Assembly: GCA_039090665.1 (NCBI GenBank)
Contig: JAWCSL010000005.1
Span: 1-49,363, forward strand
Source of the DNA: Candidatus Aenigmatarchaeota archaeon
GTDB lineage: Archaea; Aenigmatarchaeota; Aenigmatarchaeia; CG10238-14; SCSR01
Direction: 5' to 3'
DNA: 49,363 nt
In this document: in pieces, positions 39,831-49,363 of the stretch
How positions within the stretch are numbered: the first letter of the stretch is position 1
Layout: each line of letters starts with the position of its first letter
Program-made: the position numbers and the translations under genes
The notes under the pieces: model-generated
The model's database searches: none
What the model was told of the DNA's origin: nothing
What the model saw: only the letters and a program-made list of their open reading frames with translations

Positions 39831-40583
39831 ATGGGTATCTTAAGAGATATAGTTAAAACAATAACTCTTTTCTTATTCTCTATTTCCTTATCTTCATTAA
39901 TCTTAACACTTTTATTCTACAATTTAACAACTCATGAAAATGCAAAAAATCTTTTCACAACACTTTTTAAAGAGGTTATGATGAAAAATGAAAGTCAAAA
40001 AATTGAAGAAATTTATAGTAAAATAACACACTATTGTAACCTTTATCCAAACCGTTCCATTGAAGTGTTAAACAATATAACAATTGAGTGTTCTAAAATT
40101 TTTAACACAAACTCGAGTTACTTGATTTCATTAATAGCTGAAAAATATTTTGACCAGCTTTATTACAAAACATATGAGTGTGAAATGCCAGAGTGTATAA
40201 AAGAAATAAAATCAATTGAAGATGTTGTTATACTGTTAAGCTTAAAAGCTCATCGTTTTTTCGGTACTCTTCTACAGCCTCTATTAATATTCACAATAGT
40301 TTTAGGTGTTTTACTTTTTATTTCCATAGAAACCTGGTCTGGTAGATTGAAAGTTTTTGGATTTGAATTTCTTTCCATAGGAATTTTTTATCTTCTTATT
40401 CCTTTCTTTAAAAAAATTATCTCAGAAAAATTTTTGAGAGAAGTTCAAATTGGAGAAAATATTCTCGATTTAATTTTTGATAAATTCGAGTCAATTCTTC
40501 TAATTTTCTTAATTTCTGGTCTAGTTTTAATCTGTATTTGGATTTCAGTAAAGTTTTCGAGAAAACACAAAAAATCTAAATGA
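39831..40583 (+). CDS. Hypothetical membrane protein
   Basis: About four hydrophobic segments and a Cys-containing loop. Confidence 0.75.
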   Translation: MGILRDIVKTITLFLFSISLSSLILTLLFYNLTTHENAKNLFTTLFKEVMMKNESQKIEEIYSKITHYCNLYPNRSIEVLNNITIECSKIFNTNSSYLISLIAEKYFDQLYYKTYECEMPECIKEIKSIEDVVILLSLKAHRFFGTLLQPLLIFTIVLGVLLFISIETWSGRLKVFGFEFLSIGIFYLLIPFFKKIISEKFLREVQIGENILDLIFDKFESILLIFLISGLVLICIWISVKFSRKHKKSK

Positions 40584-40815
40584 TCTTCTTTCCTGTCTTT
40601 AAATCAATTATATGTATGCAATTAACTGGACATGCTTCTGCCGCATCTTTGTTACACCCTAATTCTTCAACTTCAAGTTCAAAATTTAAACCAACCTTTT
40701 TAGCATTTTTGAGACTAGACTTTCCTTCTTTTAGACTCCAAAATTTGTCACATGCTGCTACACATGCTCCACAGCCAATGCAAGCATTCCTATCATGCAA
40801 AATTTTATAAGCCAT
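40576..40815 (-). CDS. Ferredoxin (monocluster type)
   Basis: CIGCGAC...AAEACPVNCI. Confidence 0.9.
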   Translation of the reverse strand: MAYKILHDRNACIGCGACVAACDKFWSLKEGKSSLKNAKKVGLNFELEVEELGCNKDAAEACPVNCIHIIDLKTGKKII

Positions 40816-40816
40816 C

Positions 40817-41110
40817 CTACCACCCCAATTTCTTTTTAGCTTGTTTTGACATCCTTTCAGGAGACCATTGTATTGGAACCATATCCACACTAACCTTTTT
40901 CACTCCTTTTATTTCGGATATTCTTTTTTTCACATCTTCAATAATAAAAGATTGCATTGGGCATCTCATTGAAGTAAACCCCATCTCAACTTTCACATTT
41001 CCCTTATTGACCTTCACATCATAAACTAGTCCAAGATCAACAATATTTATTGGTATTTCTGGGTCATAACATTTTTTCAAAGCATTTAAAATTTGAGTTT
41101 TAGTTACCAT
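40817..41110 (-). CDS. Metal-sulfur cluster assembly factor (DUF59/SufT/MIP18)
   Basis: DPEIPINIVDLGLVY, T...CP, W.PERMS. Confidence 0.92.
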   Translation of the reverse strand: MVTKTQILNALKKCYDPEIPINIVDLGLVYDVKVNKGNVKVEMGFTSMRCPMQSFIIEDVKKRISEIKGVKKVSVDMVPIQWSPERMSKQAKKKLGW

Positions 41111-41134
41111 TGAATCACTAAATATTTTTTACTT

Positions 41135-42151
41135 TCATAATATAAATCCTTCAAGTTTCCTGCCACAACCCGGACATAATTTTTCTCTTAAATTTGATCT
41201 TACCCTAAAACCAAGTCTCTCTATGAGTAAATATCCGCAATCTGGACAATAGGTGTTTTCCAATTCATGACCGGGAACATTCCCGATATACACATATCTT
41301 AAACCTATTTTCTTGGCTTCTTTTGCAAAATCTTCTAGCTTTGAAACTGGAGTTGGTTCTAAATCACACATCTTATAATTTGGGAAAAACCTTATGATGT
41401 GTAAAGGTATTTCCGAACCCAAATTGTTTAAAATCCACGTCACCAAAACTTTAAATTTATCTTTATCACCTTCAATTGGAAATATAAGATTTGTTATTTC
41501 CACATGAATCTTCAGTTTTTTCATCAGTTTTAGAGTTTCGAAAACTGGTTTTATTGAAAAAACTGAAGCGTGTTTCTTCAAAAAATCTTCATCCCCAGAA
41601 GCTTTAAAATCAATTGTAGCAGCATCCAAAAATCTTGAAATTTTTTTCAAAGGAGATTTCGAAATAAATCCATTAGTCACAAAGGTGTTTTTTATACCTT
41701 TTTTGTGGGCAATCTTAGCAACTTCATAAGCAAACTCGAAGAAAACAGTTGGTTCTGTGTAAGTGTGGCTAATTATTTTAACATTTTCCTTCTCAGCCAT
41801 TTCAACTATTTTCTCAGGCTCAATTCTTGTTCCTATATCTTCTGGTGAGTTTATATGACTTATGTCAAAGTTACAACAATAATCACATGCCCAATTACAT
41901 CCAGCACAAGCATAAGATAAAGCAAAAGAACCTGGATAAAAATGATAAAGTGGCTTTTTTTCAATTGGATCAATGTTGATTGCAACCACTTTCCCATAGT
42001 TTAAAACAAAGAGTTTGTTATTAATGTTTTTTCTTGTCATACAAAATCCTCTACTTCCTTCTTGAATAAAACATTTTCTAGCACAAAGTCCACATTTAAT
42101 CCCATTTTTCTCTCTTTTCCAGAAAAGTGCTTCTTTTAGATTTTCTTTCAT
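41135..42151 (-). CDS. amrS: AmmeMemoRadiSam-system radical SAM enzyme
   Basis: CGLCARKC, DPIEKKPLYHF, CNWACDYC, TYTEP, YVYIGNVPG, CPDCG. Confidence 0.9.
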   Translation of the reverse strand: MKENLKEALFWKREKNGIKCGLCARKCFIQEGSRGFCMTRKNINNKLFVLNYGKVVAINIDPIEKKPLYHFYPGSFALSYACAGCNWACDYCCNFDISHINSPEDIGTRIEPEKIVEMAEKENVKIISHTYTEPTVFFEFAYEVAKIAHKKGIKNTFVTNGFISKSPLKKISRFLDAATIDFKASGDEDFLKKHASVFSIKPVFETLKLMKKLKIHVEITNLIFPIEGDKDKFKVLVTWILNNLGSEIPLHIIRFFPNYKMCDLEPTPVSKLEDFAKEAKKIGLRYVYIGNVPGHELENTYCPDCGYLLIERLGFRVRSNLREKLCPGCGRKLEGFIL

Positions 42152-42161
42152 TTTTATTTCC

Positions 42162-42425
42162 TCAAACAAATGTTCCTCCTTCGTACAACAATCTAGAAGC
42201 AATCTTTAAACCTTCTTCAGAAAGCTTATAATTTTTGTTAGTAGATTCAATTATATAACCTTCCTTAACTAGTTTTTTAAAAAATCTTCTTACAGTTTTT
42301 CTTTGCCTCATTGGAAATTTAAGCACTATGTCATCTTCTTTAAAGTGTTTTTTAGTATTTCCTTTAGACAAAATCAAGGCAGAAAGTAAAATTGTCTTTT
42401 CCAATTCTGTTATTACTTTACCCAT
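42162..42425 (-). CDS. Small winged-helix protein
   Basis: KKLVKEGYI...YKLSEEG wHTH pattern. Confidence 0.7.
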   Translation of the reverse strand: MGKVITELEKTILLSALILSKGNTKKHFKEDDIVLKFPMRQRKTVRRFFKKLVKEGYIIESTNKNYKLSEEGLKIASRLLYEGGTFV

Positions 42426-42531
42426 ATTTACAACATATGTTGTGATAGTTATAAATATTTTCGAGCTAGTTAAAACGGAAACCTTTTTATATACTAAGTT
42501 AAATTTTCTTAATTGTACGGAGAAGGTAGAA

Positions 42532-42813
42532 ATGCGAAAACATGGAAAAGCTGAAGATAAAATTTATCAATTAATTTGTAGCAACCCAGGTCTTAACACT
42601 TATGAAATTTCTAAACGTCTGAAAATGTCTGGAGGGAATGTTAGAAACGCTTTATCTAATCTTCATAAAAAGGGTTTAATTTCTTTCAAAATTGAAAAAA
42701 GTAGTGTAAGAGTTAGGAAAAGATGTTTTGCAGTTGAAATCGCTAAGCTATTACCAGCTACTTTTAAAAAAGAAATCAAAGCTTTTCTTAAAATCAACGA
42801 CCAAAAGTCTTGA
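42532..42813 (+). CDS. Winged-helix DNA-binding protein
   Basis: NPGLNTYEISKRLKMSGGNVRNALSNLHKKGLI; SD-like AGGT upstream. Confidence 0.78.
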   Translation: MRKHGKAEDKIYQLICSNPGLNTYEISKRLKMSGGNVRNALSNLHKKGLISFKIEKSSVRVRKRCFAVEIAKLLPATFKKEIKAFLKINDQKS

Positions 42814-42860
42814 AAATTCCTAAAGAATTTATTTTTTCAAAAAAGAAGAATATAAAAGTT

Positions 42861-43724
42861 ATGGATGAAGTGCTGAAAAAATATGAAAATTCTAAAAAAA
42901 TTTCTGATAAGATTTTAGAGTTTTCAAAGGAACTCGTAAAAGAAGGTATAAAAATAATTGAAATTGCAGAAAGTATTGAAAATGAAATAAAAAGATTAGG
43001 TGGTGGAATTGCTTTTCCTGTAAATATTTCAATTAACGAAAATGCTGCCCACTATACTCCTGATGTTGATGATGCTACGGTTTTAAAAAAGGGTGATTTG
43101 ATCAAAATAGATTTTGGTGTTCACACAGATGGTTATATTTGGGATAGGGCCTTTTCTGTAATGATTGGAAAAGAAAATAACGAGCTTATAGAAGCTTCGG
43201 AAATTGCGGTAAAAAATGCGCTAAAAGTTATAAAACCTGGAATAAAAGTTTGTGAAATTTCTGAAATAATAGAAAATACTGTAAATGAGTTCAAATTACG
43301 TCCAATTTATAATCTCTCTGGTCATGGACTCGAGAGATTTACACAACATGCTGAACCATCAATACCAAATTGTAAAAATAATATTCAATATCAACTAAAA
43401 GAGGGCCAAGTCGTAGCTATTGAAGTTTTTACAACAAATGGTGTAGGAATTGTAAAAGAAACTAACCAAAATCTAATATACAAGTATTTGAGGGAAAGGC
43501 CTGTAAGGCTTTGGGAAGCTAGAAAAATTCTCCAAAAAGCAAAAAAAGATTTTATGGGGATGCCTTTTGCTAAAAGATGGTTAAAAGATATAGCTACTGG
43601 TGCAAAACTTGAAATTGCGCTTAAACAGTTAACTGACTCTAATGCTTTAATTTCTTATCCTGTTTTAAGAGAGGAAAGTGGTGCTTTGGTTGCTCAAACC
43701 GAAGAAACAGTAATAGTTAAGTAA
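42861..43724 (+). CDS. map: Type II methionine aminopeptidase
   Basis: AFPVN, AAHYTP, KIDFGVH.DGYI.D, GHGL, AIEVF, AQTEET; the start may be as early as 42810. Confidence 0.95.
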   Translation: MDEVLKKYENSKKISDKILEFSKELVKEGIKIIEIAESIENEIKRLGGGIAFPVNISINENAAHYTPDVDDATVLKKGDLIKIDFGVHTDGYIWDRAFSVMIGKENNELIEASEIAVKNALKVIKPGIKVCEISEIIENTVNEFKLRPIYNLSGHGLERFTQHAEPSIPNCKNNIQYQLKEGQVVAIEVFTTNGVGIVKETNQNLIYKYLRERPVRLWEARKILQKAKKDFMGMPFAKRWLKDIATGAKLEIALKQLTDSNALISYPVLREESGALVAQTEETVIVK

Positions 43725-43762
43725 ACGAATTATACTAATAATTATTTTTTGGGGGTGAAAAT

Positions 43763-43945
43763 ATGGTTTTCAGTTTTACAAACAGTAAAGGTCAAATTTA
43801 TTATCTTCATTCCAAAGAAGGAAAAGGTGGTGCTAAACTGTTTTACTTTTCCAAAGATCCTTCTGGTGCTATAGATCTTCCTGAAGGATTCGAGGTTTTC
43901 GAGAATCCAAAAACTTGTCTCCCCATGATAAGGAAGAAAAAATAA
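43763..43945 (+). CDS. Small conserved-looking hypothetical protein
   Basis: SD GGGGTGA; NSKGQIYYLH...FYFSK...LPEGFEV.ENP. Confidence 0.75.
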   Translation: MVFSFTNSKGQIYYLHSKEGKGGAKLFYFSKDPSGAIDLPEGFEVFENPKTCLPMIRKKK

Positions 43946-44022
43946 AATTCTTTTAAAGTGAGAAAACCAAATTATAAATAAAATGCGCCAGATGTTCCTA
44001 TATTGTATGTTGGAAGATCACT

Positions 44023-44295
44023 ATGAGAAAAGACCTTGCAAAAAATATAATTAAAATCGTTAATTGTCTTAAAGAGGCAGAAGAAGGCTGGCTTTGGTAT
44101 AGAGAAATCAGCAGAAGGACGGAATTGCATCATAAAACCGTTTCTCGCCTTATTGAAGGGTATCTTCAAATGTTCCTAGATGTCCAGACCCTTGAGCCCT
44201 TCAATATTAAAATGGTTAGACTTAAGCCTGGAACAGACATAAATGGGATTTTCAGGTATCTGGCAATAAAAGAAAAGCTAGAGAGCGTAAAATAA
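44023..44295 (+). CDS. Small HTH protein
   Basis: LWYREISRRTELHHKTVSRLI. Confidence 0.75.
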   Translation: MRKDLAKNIIKIVNCLKEAEEGWLWYREISRRTELHHKTVSRLIEGYLQMFLDVQTLEPFNIKMVRLKPGTDINGIFRYLAIKEKLESVK

Positions 44296-44357
44296 TTTTA
44301 CTTAACACGTGATCTTTAAATACTTCGAAAACTATATATTATAATACCGGTGTCGAT

Positions 44358-44510
44358 TTGGGCAAAATAGTTAATCAATATTCATATAAAGTAAATGTAC
44401 CTTGTGAAAATTGCCACTCTCTAATAAGGTTAGGGATAGACGAAAAAATAGACTTTTGCCCTATTTGCCACAATCCATGGAATGGAAACGGAAAACAATT
44501 GAAAAAATAA
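44358..44510 (+). CDS. 50-aa zinc-ribbon protein (not in the ORF track)
   Basis: TTG start after GGTG; MGKIVNQYSYKVNVPCENCHSLIRLGIDEKIDFCPICHNPWNGNGKQLKK. Confidence 0.65.
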   Translation: MGKIVNQYSYKVNVPCENCHSLIRLGIDEKIDFCPICHNPWNGNGKQLKK

Positions 44511-44514
44511 AAAC

Positions 44515-45168
44515 TTAAGATGAAACAAATTTAACCCAACCTTTCCCATTCTTTTCTATTCTCTGAATTTTTACCCCTCTCCTTATACAATTGGTTAAAA
44601 ACCCTCTAAGAGCAGATTCAGTGATACCAAGTCGATTAGCAAGATCAGTATAACTTATCTCTCCCGCTTCCTTAACAATTTCTTCTAATTGTCTCATTCT
44701 TGGTGTAATAGGTAGCTGGGATTCAATTAAATTTATTTGACTAAGCATTTGAGTTCGTATAGGTTCAGGTGCTTTCTTTGCAATGCCTTGGAGGGTTAAA
44801 AGAGAGCTTTCAATCATCTCAAAATGTTTCATAGTGAGTTCGTCATGAGTTTTTAAAATATCCCTGATTGATTCTAGAAGTTCTAATATTTTTTTTGGGT
44901 CACCAAAATTAGCAATAAACCATTCTTTTGAAGCCATTTGTGATTCTATACGAACTAATGAAGATTCTATTTCTTTAATAGATCTTCCTGTATATCCAGC
45001 CGCCAATCCAAGTTGTAAAGCTTCCTTTTCTAAACTGATAGAAGAAGAGTCTTGTGATTGATTGATTGAGTGATTGATTGATTGAGTGATTGATTGATTG
45101 AGTGATTGAATCGATTCAATCGATGATTTTCTTCTAAAAAAGTTCAATAATCGTGTTAAAATATTCAT
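44515..45168 (-). CDS. Coiled-coil protein with a C-terminal wHTH and an N-terminal tandem repeat
   Basis: C-terminal EISYTDLANRLGITESALRG...KGWV; SINQ-like repeats. Confidence 0.75.
   Translation of the reverse strand: MNILTRLLNFFRRKSSIESIQSLNQSITQSINHSINQSQDSSSISLEKEALQLGLAAGYTGRSIKEIESSLVRIESQMASKEWFIANFGDPKKILELLESIRDILKTHDELTMKHFEMIESSLLTLQGIAKKAPEPIRTQMLSQINLIESQLPITPRMRQLEEIVKEAGEISYTDLANRLGITESALRGFLTNCIRRGVKIQRIEKNGKGWVKFVSS
45054..45121. repeat. 16-bp tandem repeat x3.5 plus an 18-bp palindrome
   Basis: GTGATTGATTGATTGA at 45054, 45070, 45086 and partial at 45102; GATTGAATCGATTCAATC at 45104-45121. Confidence 0.93.
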
Positions 45169-45194
45169 GATTTTATATTGTTTTTTTAATATTT

Positions 45195-45515
45195 AACTCT
45201 TACTTTTTCTAAACTCTCACTTTATTTAATTTTTCAATATTTTATTACAACTCTCACTTTTTATACTTTTTTAGAATGTTTTTTATAAAAAAATATGTTG
45301 AAAAATATGTTTTATAATGAATATTTCCCTCTAACTCTCACTTTTCTAAGAGAAAAATAAAGGGAAAATTGTTTTTTTACTTTATATAAATTTTATTAAA
45401 TATTTAACAAAATATGTTATTAAAAACATATCAAACTGGATATTTATCTTAATTTAAATATATTTAACAAAATATCTCTTTCAAAATATATTTTTCTCTT
45501 TGTAACTCTCACTTT
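45195..45515 (+). repeat. Dispersed 12-bp direct repeats AACTCTCACTTT in an AT-rich non-coding region
   Basis: Exact copies at 45212, 45249, 45333 and 45504; a one-mismatch copy at 45195. Confidence 0.88.
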
Positions 45516-46228
45516 TAATAATTGCTCAATTCTTTTTAAATTTTTGGCGCATTTTATCAAAATGTCAATTAATTCTAGATTATTTACATTGTAATTAATA
45601 AAAGTTTTTGTTAAGCAAAAGGTAACTTGAATTTTAATTTCAAATAAAAATCTGGCATAAATTTTTTGTTTTTTAAATTTTTGATATGTTGTAAAATAAA
45701 CTTTTTGTGTAAACATTTTATTGGATTTGAGTAAAAAAACAGCTCAAAAACAGAATTTGTTTGTTAATAAAAAGATAGAAACTCCATATGCCAAAAATAA
45801 AATGTAATTTTCTTCGGAAAAATCTAAAAATTGCTCAGTCTAGAGAAAGAAGTGGTGCACTTAATACCTAAAAAAGACTTTTTTGCGTATAAGAATCATT
45901 ATATGAACCGATTTCTACTTAAAATGTTGTTTGAAAAACAAGAAAATTCTTCTATCATTCCGAAAATATTACAAAAATAGTCAGCTAAATATTCCCAATT
46001 TTTTAAAAATTATAGAGGTTAAAAAGCATTGTATGGAGAGGAATAACCTTTTATTAAACCGTTTATCTTTTTATTTTTGGTATCTTCTCAAATTTTATGT
46101 ATTTCTCCAAAAAAAATCTTCAAAAAAATAAAAGACTCCTCAGAATAAAAAGATGAAAACATCACCAAATCCTTTCTGGTGTATAGAATTTCTTGACAAT
46201 TTCCAAATTTTTTGCTAACTCTTTTGTA

Positions 46229-46979
46229 TCAATTGACTCTTTTTTTTTCATTAGAGTAAAAAGTTTCCAAGACAACAAATTTAGGGCTTTTAACTTTTCT
46301 AAACACTTCTTCCAATTTTACCAAACCTTTTATAGAAAAAGATAAATGGTCCTGAAATTCTCCTTTATATTTTTTTACATTATGGAGGTGAAGAGTTAAG
46401 ATTTTTTTCGGAAATTTTTTAACCCAATCCTCAATTTCGATTTTTCTACCCCACACTGAACTTGCCTTAAATAAATGACCTGTATCTAAACAAATAAAAG
46501 CATTGTTAATTTTTTTAACAAACTCGAATTGCTCTGGTGTTGAAAAAGATTTTCTTCCCGTGTTTTCAAATGTCAAAGGAAAATCAACTTTTTTACACAA
46601 TTCTCTTACAATCTCCTATTTTTCTTTTTTCTATTTCTTCTTTAAAAAGAGAATAAGTTGAAATATCTATTATCTGGTGTAAATTAAAATACAAAGGATT
46701 AAATTTTGAGCAAAAATTCAAAATTTTATTCATAATTTTCAAACTGCTTCTAGATATTTCTTTTATTGGATTGAAAATTTGAACTGCCCCTTGGGGGCTT
46801 TCAAAAGCTATTTCCAATCCGTTATCTATTATCTCATTAAGTAGATGTATGCTTCTTTTTTGATACAAAAAAGGGAATTCCAAACTTACCTGTAAAAAAT
46901 TACAACCTAACTCAATGGCCCTTAAAATTTGAGAAAAAGAATCACCAACCCAAAAACTTAAACCAATTTTCTTTTTCAT
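46229..46979 (-). pseudogene. Frameshifted sugar-phosphate isomerase/epimerase (AP endonuclease 2 TIM barrel)
   Basis: The N-half (..YFNLH..) and C-half (TFEN, CLDTGH, LHLHN, QDH, VLE) lie in different frames, with the shift near 46610-46640. Confidence 0.72.
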
Positions 46980-47259
46980 ATTTATTCCACATAATCTTCA
47001 GATTTTTTTAAATTTTTTAATATTTCTAAGTATTGTTTTTTATATCAAAAACGTCTTTTATAGCAATCCGTTTAGTAAATAACATTCAATTGTTTATTGA
47101 TAAAGAAATAAAAAATCACAAATAATTACAAAGTTTTTTAAAAGAAAAAATTGTTGTACAAGAAAATCTTTCATTAGAAGAAATTTCATATTTACGGTTT
47201 AGGCTTAAATTACAGATAAAAAATTGTAATTCCTAATCGTTTGTATTAAACATTGAGAC

Positions 47260-48465
47260 TCAACAAACACTAAGCTTTCCTTCTGCTAAAAGCTTACAAA
47301 ATTCTTTAATGTTTTCTAATCTGCTCTGAACAATCTCTTCAGCCTCTTTTTGTATTCTCTGAAAATCGTTTTCATTCTCTGGTATGTATTGGACTATCGC
47401 AACTTTTGGTTGATTGATTGGTCTGCCTATCTCGCTCAAAAGCCAGACATAAACTTCTTTAAGTCCGCTAATTTTTGAAAAAATTTCATTCGCAATATCA
47501 TGGCTAAGCAAATTGTAGATTTTGCCGACATGGCTTACCGGATTTTTACCAGGACCGGCTTCATTTCCTGCTGGTCTATTCAAAGAAATCACACCATTAA
47601 CCCTATTACCCCTTCCAACCTGACCAGAATCAGCAGCTTCTGCACATGTTCCTGTTGTAGTCAAGAACAAACCAGCTTCACCTTTTCCTCTTTCATCCAA
47701 AGTGTTAAGTTTAACGCTAGCAAGCTTAAGCTCTGTTTTTTCTTTAACAAACTGCTCAACTTCTTCCAAAATTTCTTCCTTTCTTTTAAAGTAAGTTTCT
47801 TCCGAATCTATAAAGCGATCCACAAAAGCCATAGCTATTGTTAAATCTAAGTTGCTATTTACCCTTAGTCCCATAACTTTAATGTCTTCTCCTGATTCTG
47901 GATGCCTTCTTTTGAATTCTTTTGAGTTAAGAAACCTCTCTGTCTCAAGCACAATTTTTTCAGTTGGAGTTAAAGGAGCATAACCAACGACTGCAGAAGT
48001 GTCGTTCGCTCCAAGAATTTCATCTTTTTTCTTGAAAATTTCAGCCAAAGCTGCAGAAGTTTGTTTTAGTTCGATTTGATATTCCAAATGTTTCTCAACA
48101 TCTAAAAACCTTAAATTTTCTTTCAACCAATCTTTTGCTGTTTTTATCGCAATTGAATTCACATCTATCTCTTCACCACCAACAAAATAAGTTGCCCTAT
48201 CACCAATAATAAGTTTCATTGGCTTAAGAATTCTGCCCCCACCAAACTTGTTTTCTGCTTCGCCTGCAGCAAGCAAAGCTTTGTCTATGTTGTGATGCAA
48301 GATTTGACCAAATTTTTTCAAGTATTCTTTGCTCAAAGCCACAGAGATTTTATCAACTATGGAATCGCAAATAAAGTCTGGATGACCTAGGCCTTTTCTT
48401 TCGACTATCTCTGTCCTTTGTTCGAAGATAGGTATCGATTTCAACTTCTCAATTAAGATGTTCAC
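47260..48465 (-). CDS. mat: Archaeal S-adenosylmethionine synthetase
   Basis: EIVERKGLGHPD, HHNIDK, ANDTS, GEDIKVMG, GRGNRVNG, GKNPVSHVGKIYN. Confidence 0.96.
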   Translation of the reverse strand: MNILIEKLKSIPIFEQRTEIVERKGLGHPDFICDSIVDKISVALSKEYLKKFGQILHHNIDKALLAAGEAENKFGGGRILKPMKLIIGDRATYFVGGEEIDVNSIAIKTAKDWLKENLRFLDVEKHLEYQIELKQTSAALAEIFKKKDEILGANDTSAVVGYAPLTPTEKIVLETERFLNSKEFKRRHPESGEDIKVMGLRVNSNLDLTIAMAFVDRFIDSEETYFKRKEEILEEVEQFVKEKTELKLASVKLNTLDERGKGEAGLFLTTTGTCAEAADSGQVGRGNRVNGVISLNRPAGNEAGPGKNPVSHVGKIYNLLSHDIANEIFSKISGLKEVYVWLLSEIGRPINQPKVAIVQYIPENENDFQRIQKEAEEIVQSRLENIKEFCKLLAEGKLSVC

Positions 48466-48538
48466 TCTTTAATTTTGTTTTAGCAAAATTAAAAACTTTT
48501 ATTGAGAATTTATAACAAATCAAGAATAAAAATAATTT

Positions 48539-49351
48539 ATGGATCCTTTACAAAACTTGAAAAACGAAATCAAGCTTAGAGGTTTTTCTGAAAGAACTTT
48601 GAAAATGTATCTATTTTACAATAAAAAATTTTTAGAATTTGTAAAAAAGAATCCTGAAGAGGTGAATGAAGATGACATTAAAGCTTTTATAGCAAAGAAA
48701 ATGGAAGAGGGAACTTCTGCCAAATCGATTGTATTGATAAAAGCTGCCTTAAAATTCTTTTATGACGAGGTTTTGAAAAAAGGTATTGTTAATTTCAAAT
48801 CTCCAAAAGTTCCAAAGAAGCTTCCAACAGTTCTGACAAAAGAAGAAGTAAAAAAAATAATTGATTCTATTGAGAATGAAAAACATAAACTGATTGTGAT
48901 GATGTTATATTCTTCTGGACTAAGGCTTAGTGAACTGATTAACCTAAAGGTAGGGGATTTAGAATTGAATGAAAGGATAGGGTGGGTAAGAACAGGAAAA
49001 GGTGAAAAGGATAGGATGTTCATAATTTCTGAAAAATTAGCAGAAAGAATTGGAAAGTTCATTGAGGGTAAAAGACCAGAAGATTATGTGTTCAGTGGAA
49101 GAAAAGAAAAGCTATCACCAAGAACAATACAAAAAATTGTTGCAAATGCTGTAAAAAAAGCAAATATAAATAAAAAAGTTAGTCCACATACTTTTAGACA
49201 TTCTTTTGCTACTCACTTGCTAGATGCAGGAGAAAATATAAGAAAGATACAAGAGTTGTTGGGACATTCTTCCCTCACCACAACACAAGTCTACACACAT
49301 ATCTCAAAAGAGGAATTGAAAAAGGTTAAAAGTCCTTTGGATGAGTTGTGA
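48539..49351 (+). CDS. xerA: Tyrosine recombinase XerA
   Basis: SGLRLSE, GKGEKDR, HTFRHSFATH, LLGH, TQVYTH with an N-terminal SAM-like domain. Confidence 0.9.
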   Translation: MDPLQNLKNEIKLRGFSERTLKMYLFYNKKFLEFVKKNPEEVNEDDIKAFIAKKMEEGTSAKSIVLIKAALKFFYDEVLKKGIVNFKSPKVPKKLPTVLTKEEVKKIIDSIENEKHKLIVMMLYSSGLRLSELINLKVGDLELNERIGWVRTGKGEKDRMFIISEKLAERIGKFIEGKRPEDYVFSGRKEKLSPRTIQKIVANAVKKANINKKVSPHTFRHSFATHLLDAGENIRKIQELLGHSSLTTTQVYTHISKEELKKVKSPLDEL

Positions 49352-49363
49352 ATTATTTCTTTT

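Noticed and set aside
45054..45515. CRISPR array
   Set aside because: Repeats are 12-16 bp, tandem or irregularly spaced, with no uniform spacers and no cas genes
45444..46131. ORFs 45444..45716 (-) and 45931..46131 (+)
   Set aside because: Low-complexity AT-rich translations with no motif or SD; the first overlaps the repeat region
564..49062. Numerous antisense or alternate-frame ORFs inside conserved genes
   Set aside because: Shadow ORFs (F/S/I-rich) produced by the codon bias of the real genes
48539..49351. Integrase of a provirus or island
   Set aside because: Size and motifs fit housekeeping XerA, and no tRNA 3' duplication (att) is seen in the window; the downstream context is unavailable

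Overview
An AT-rich, very compact archaeal chromosome segment. Split rpoB''/B'/A'/A'', an unlinked 5S rRNA and divergent ribosomal proteins suggest a DPANN lineage, possibly Aenigmatarchaeota (inference). It carries the rpoH-rpoB''B'A'A''-rpl30e-nusA-rps12-rps7-EF2-EF1A-rps10 cluster, carAB-pyrB-pyrI, cca-rnz, thrS, DNA ligase, PolB, ogg, dys, map, mat, xerA, four tRNAs and 5S rRNA. The main signal is bulge-helix-bulge (BHB) intron splicing outside its usual places. (1) carB is interrupted in its conserved N-terminal GSGAIKIG motif by a 22-nt BHB mRNA intron (8510-8531); excision restores both frame and consensus. (2) The initiator tRNA-Met gene has two non-canonical introns (7/8 and D-loop), plus an upstream duplicate of the acceptor strand that could act as a folding decoy. 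The carB and 7/8 introns share the same architecture. Other points: a PyrB that has lost its aspartate-binding residues, an apparent ATA start for carB, a 16-bp tandem repeat inside a wHTH gene next to an iteron-like AT-rich region, altered decoding loops in uS12, and several unannotated micro-ORFs.
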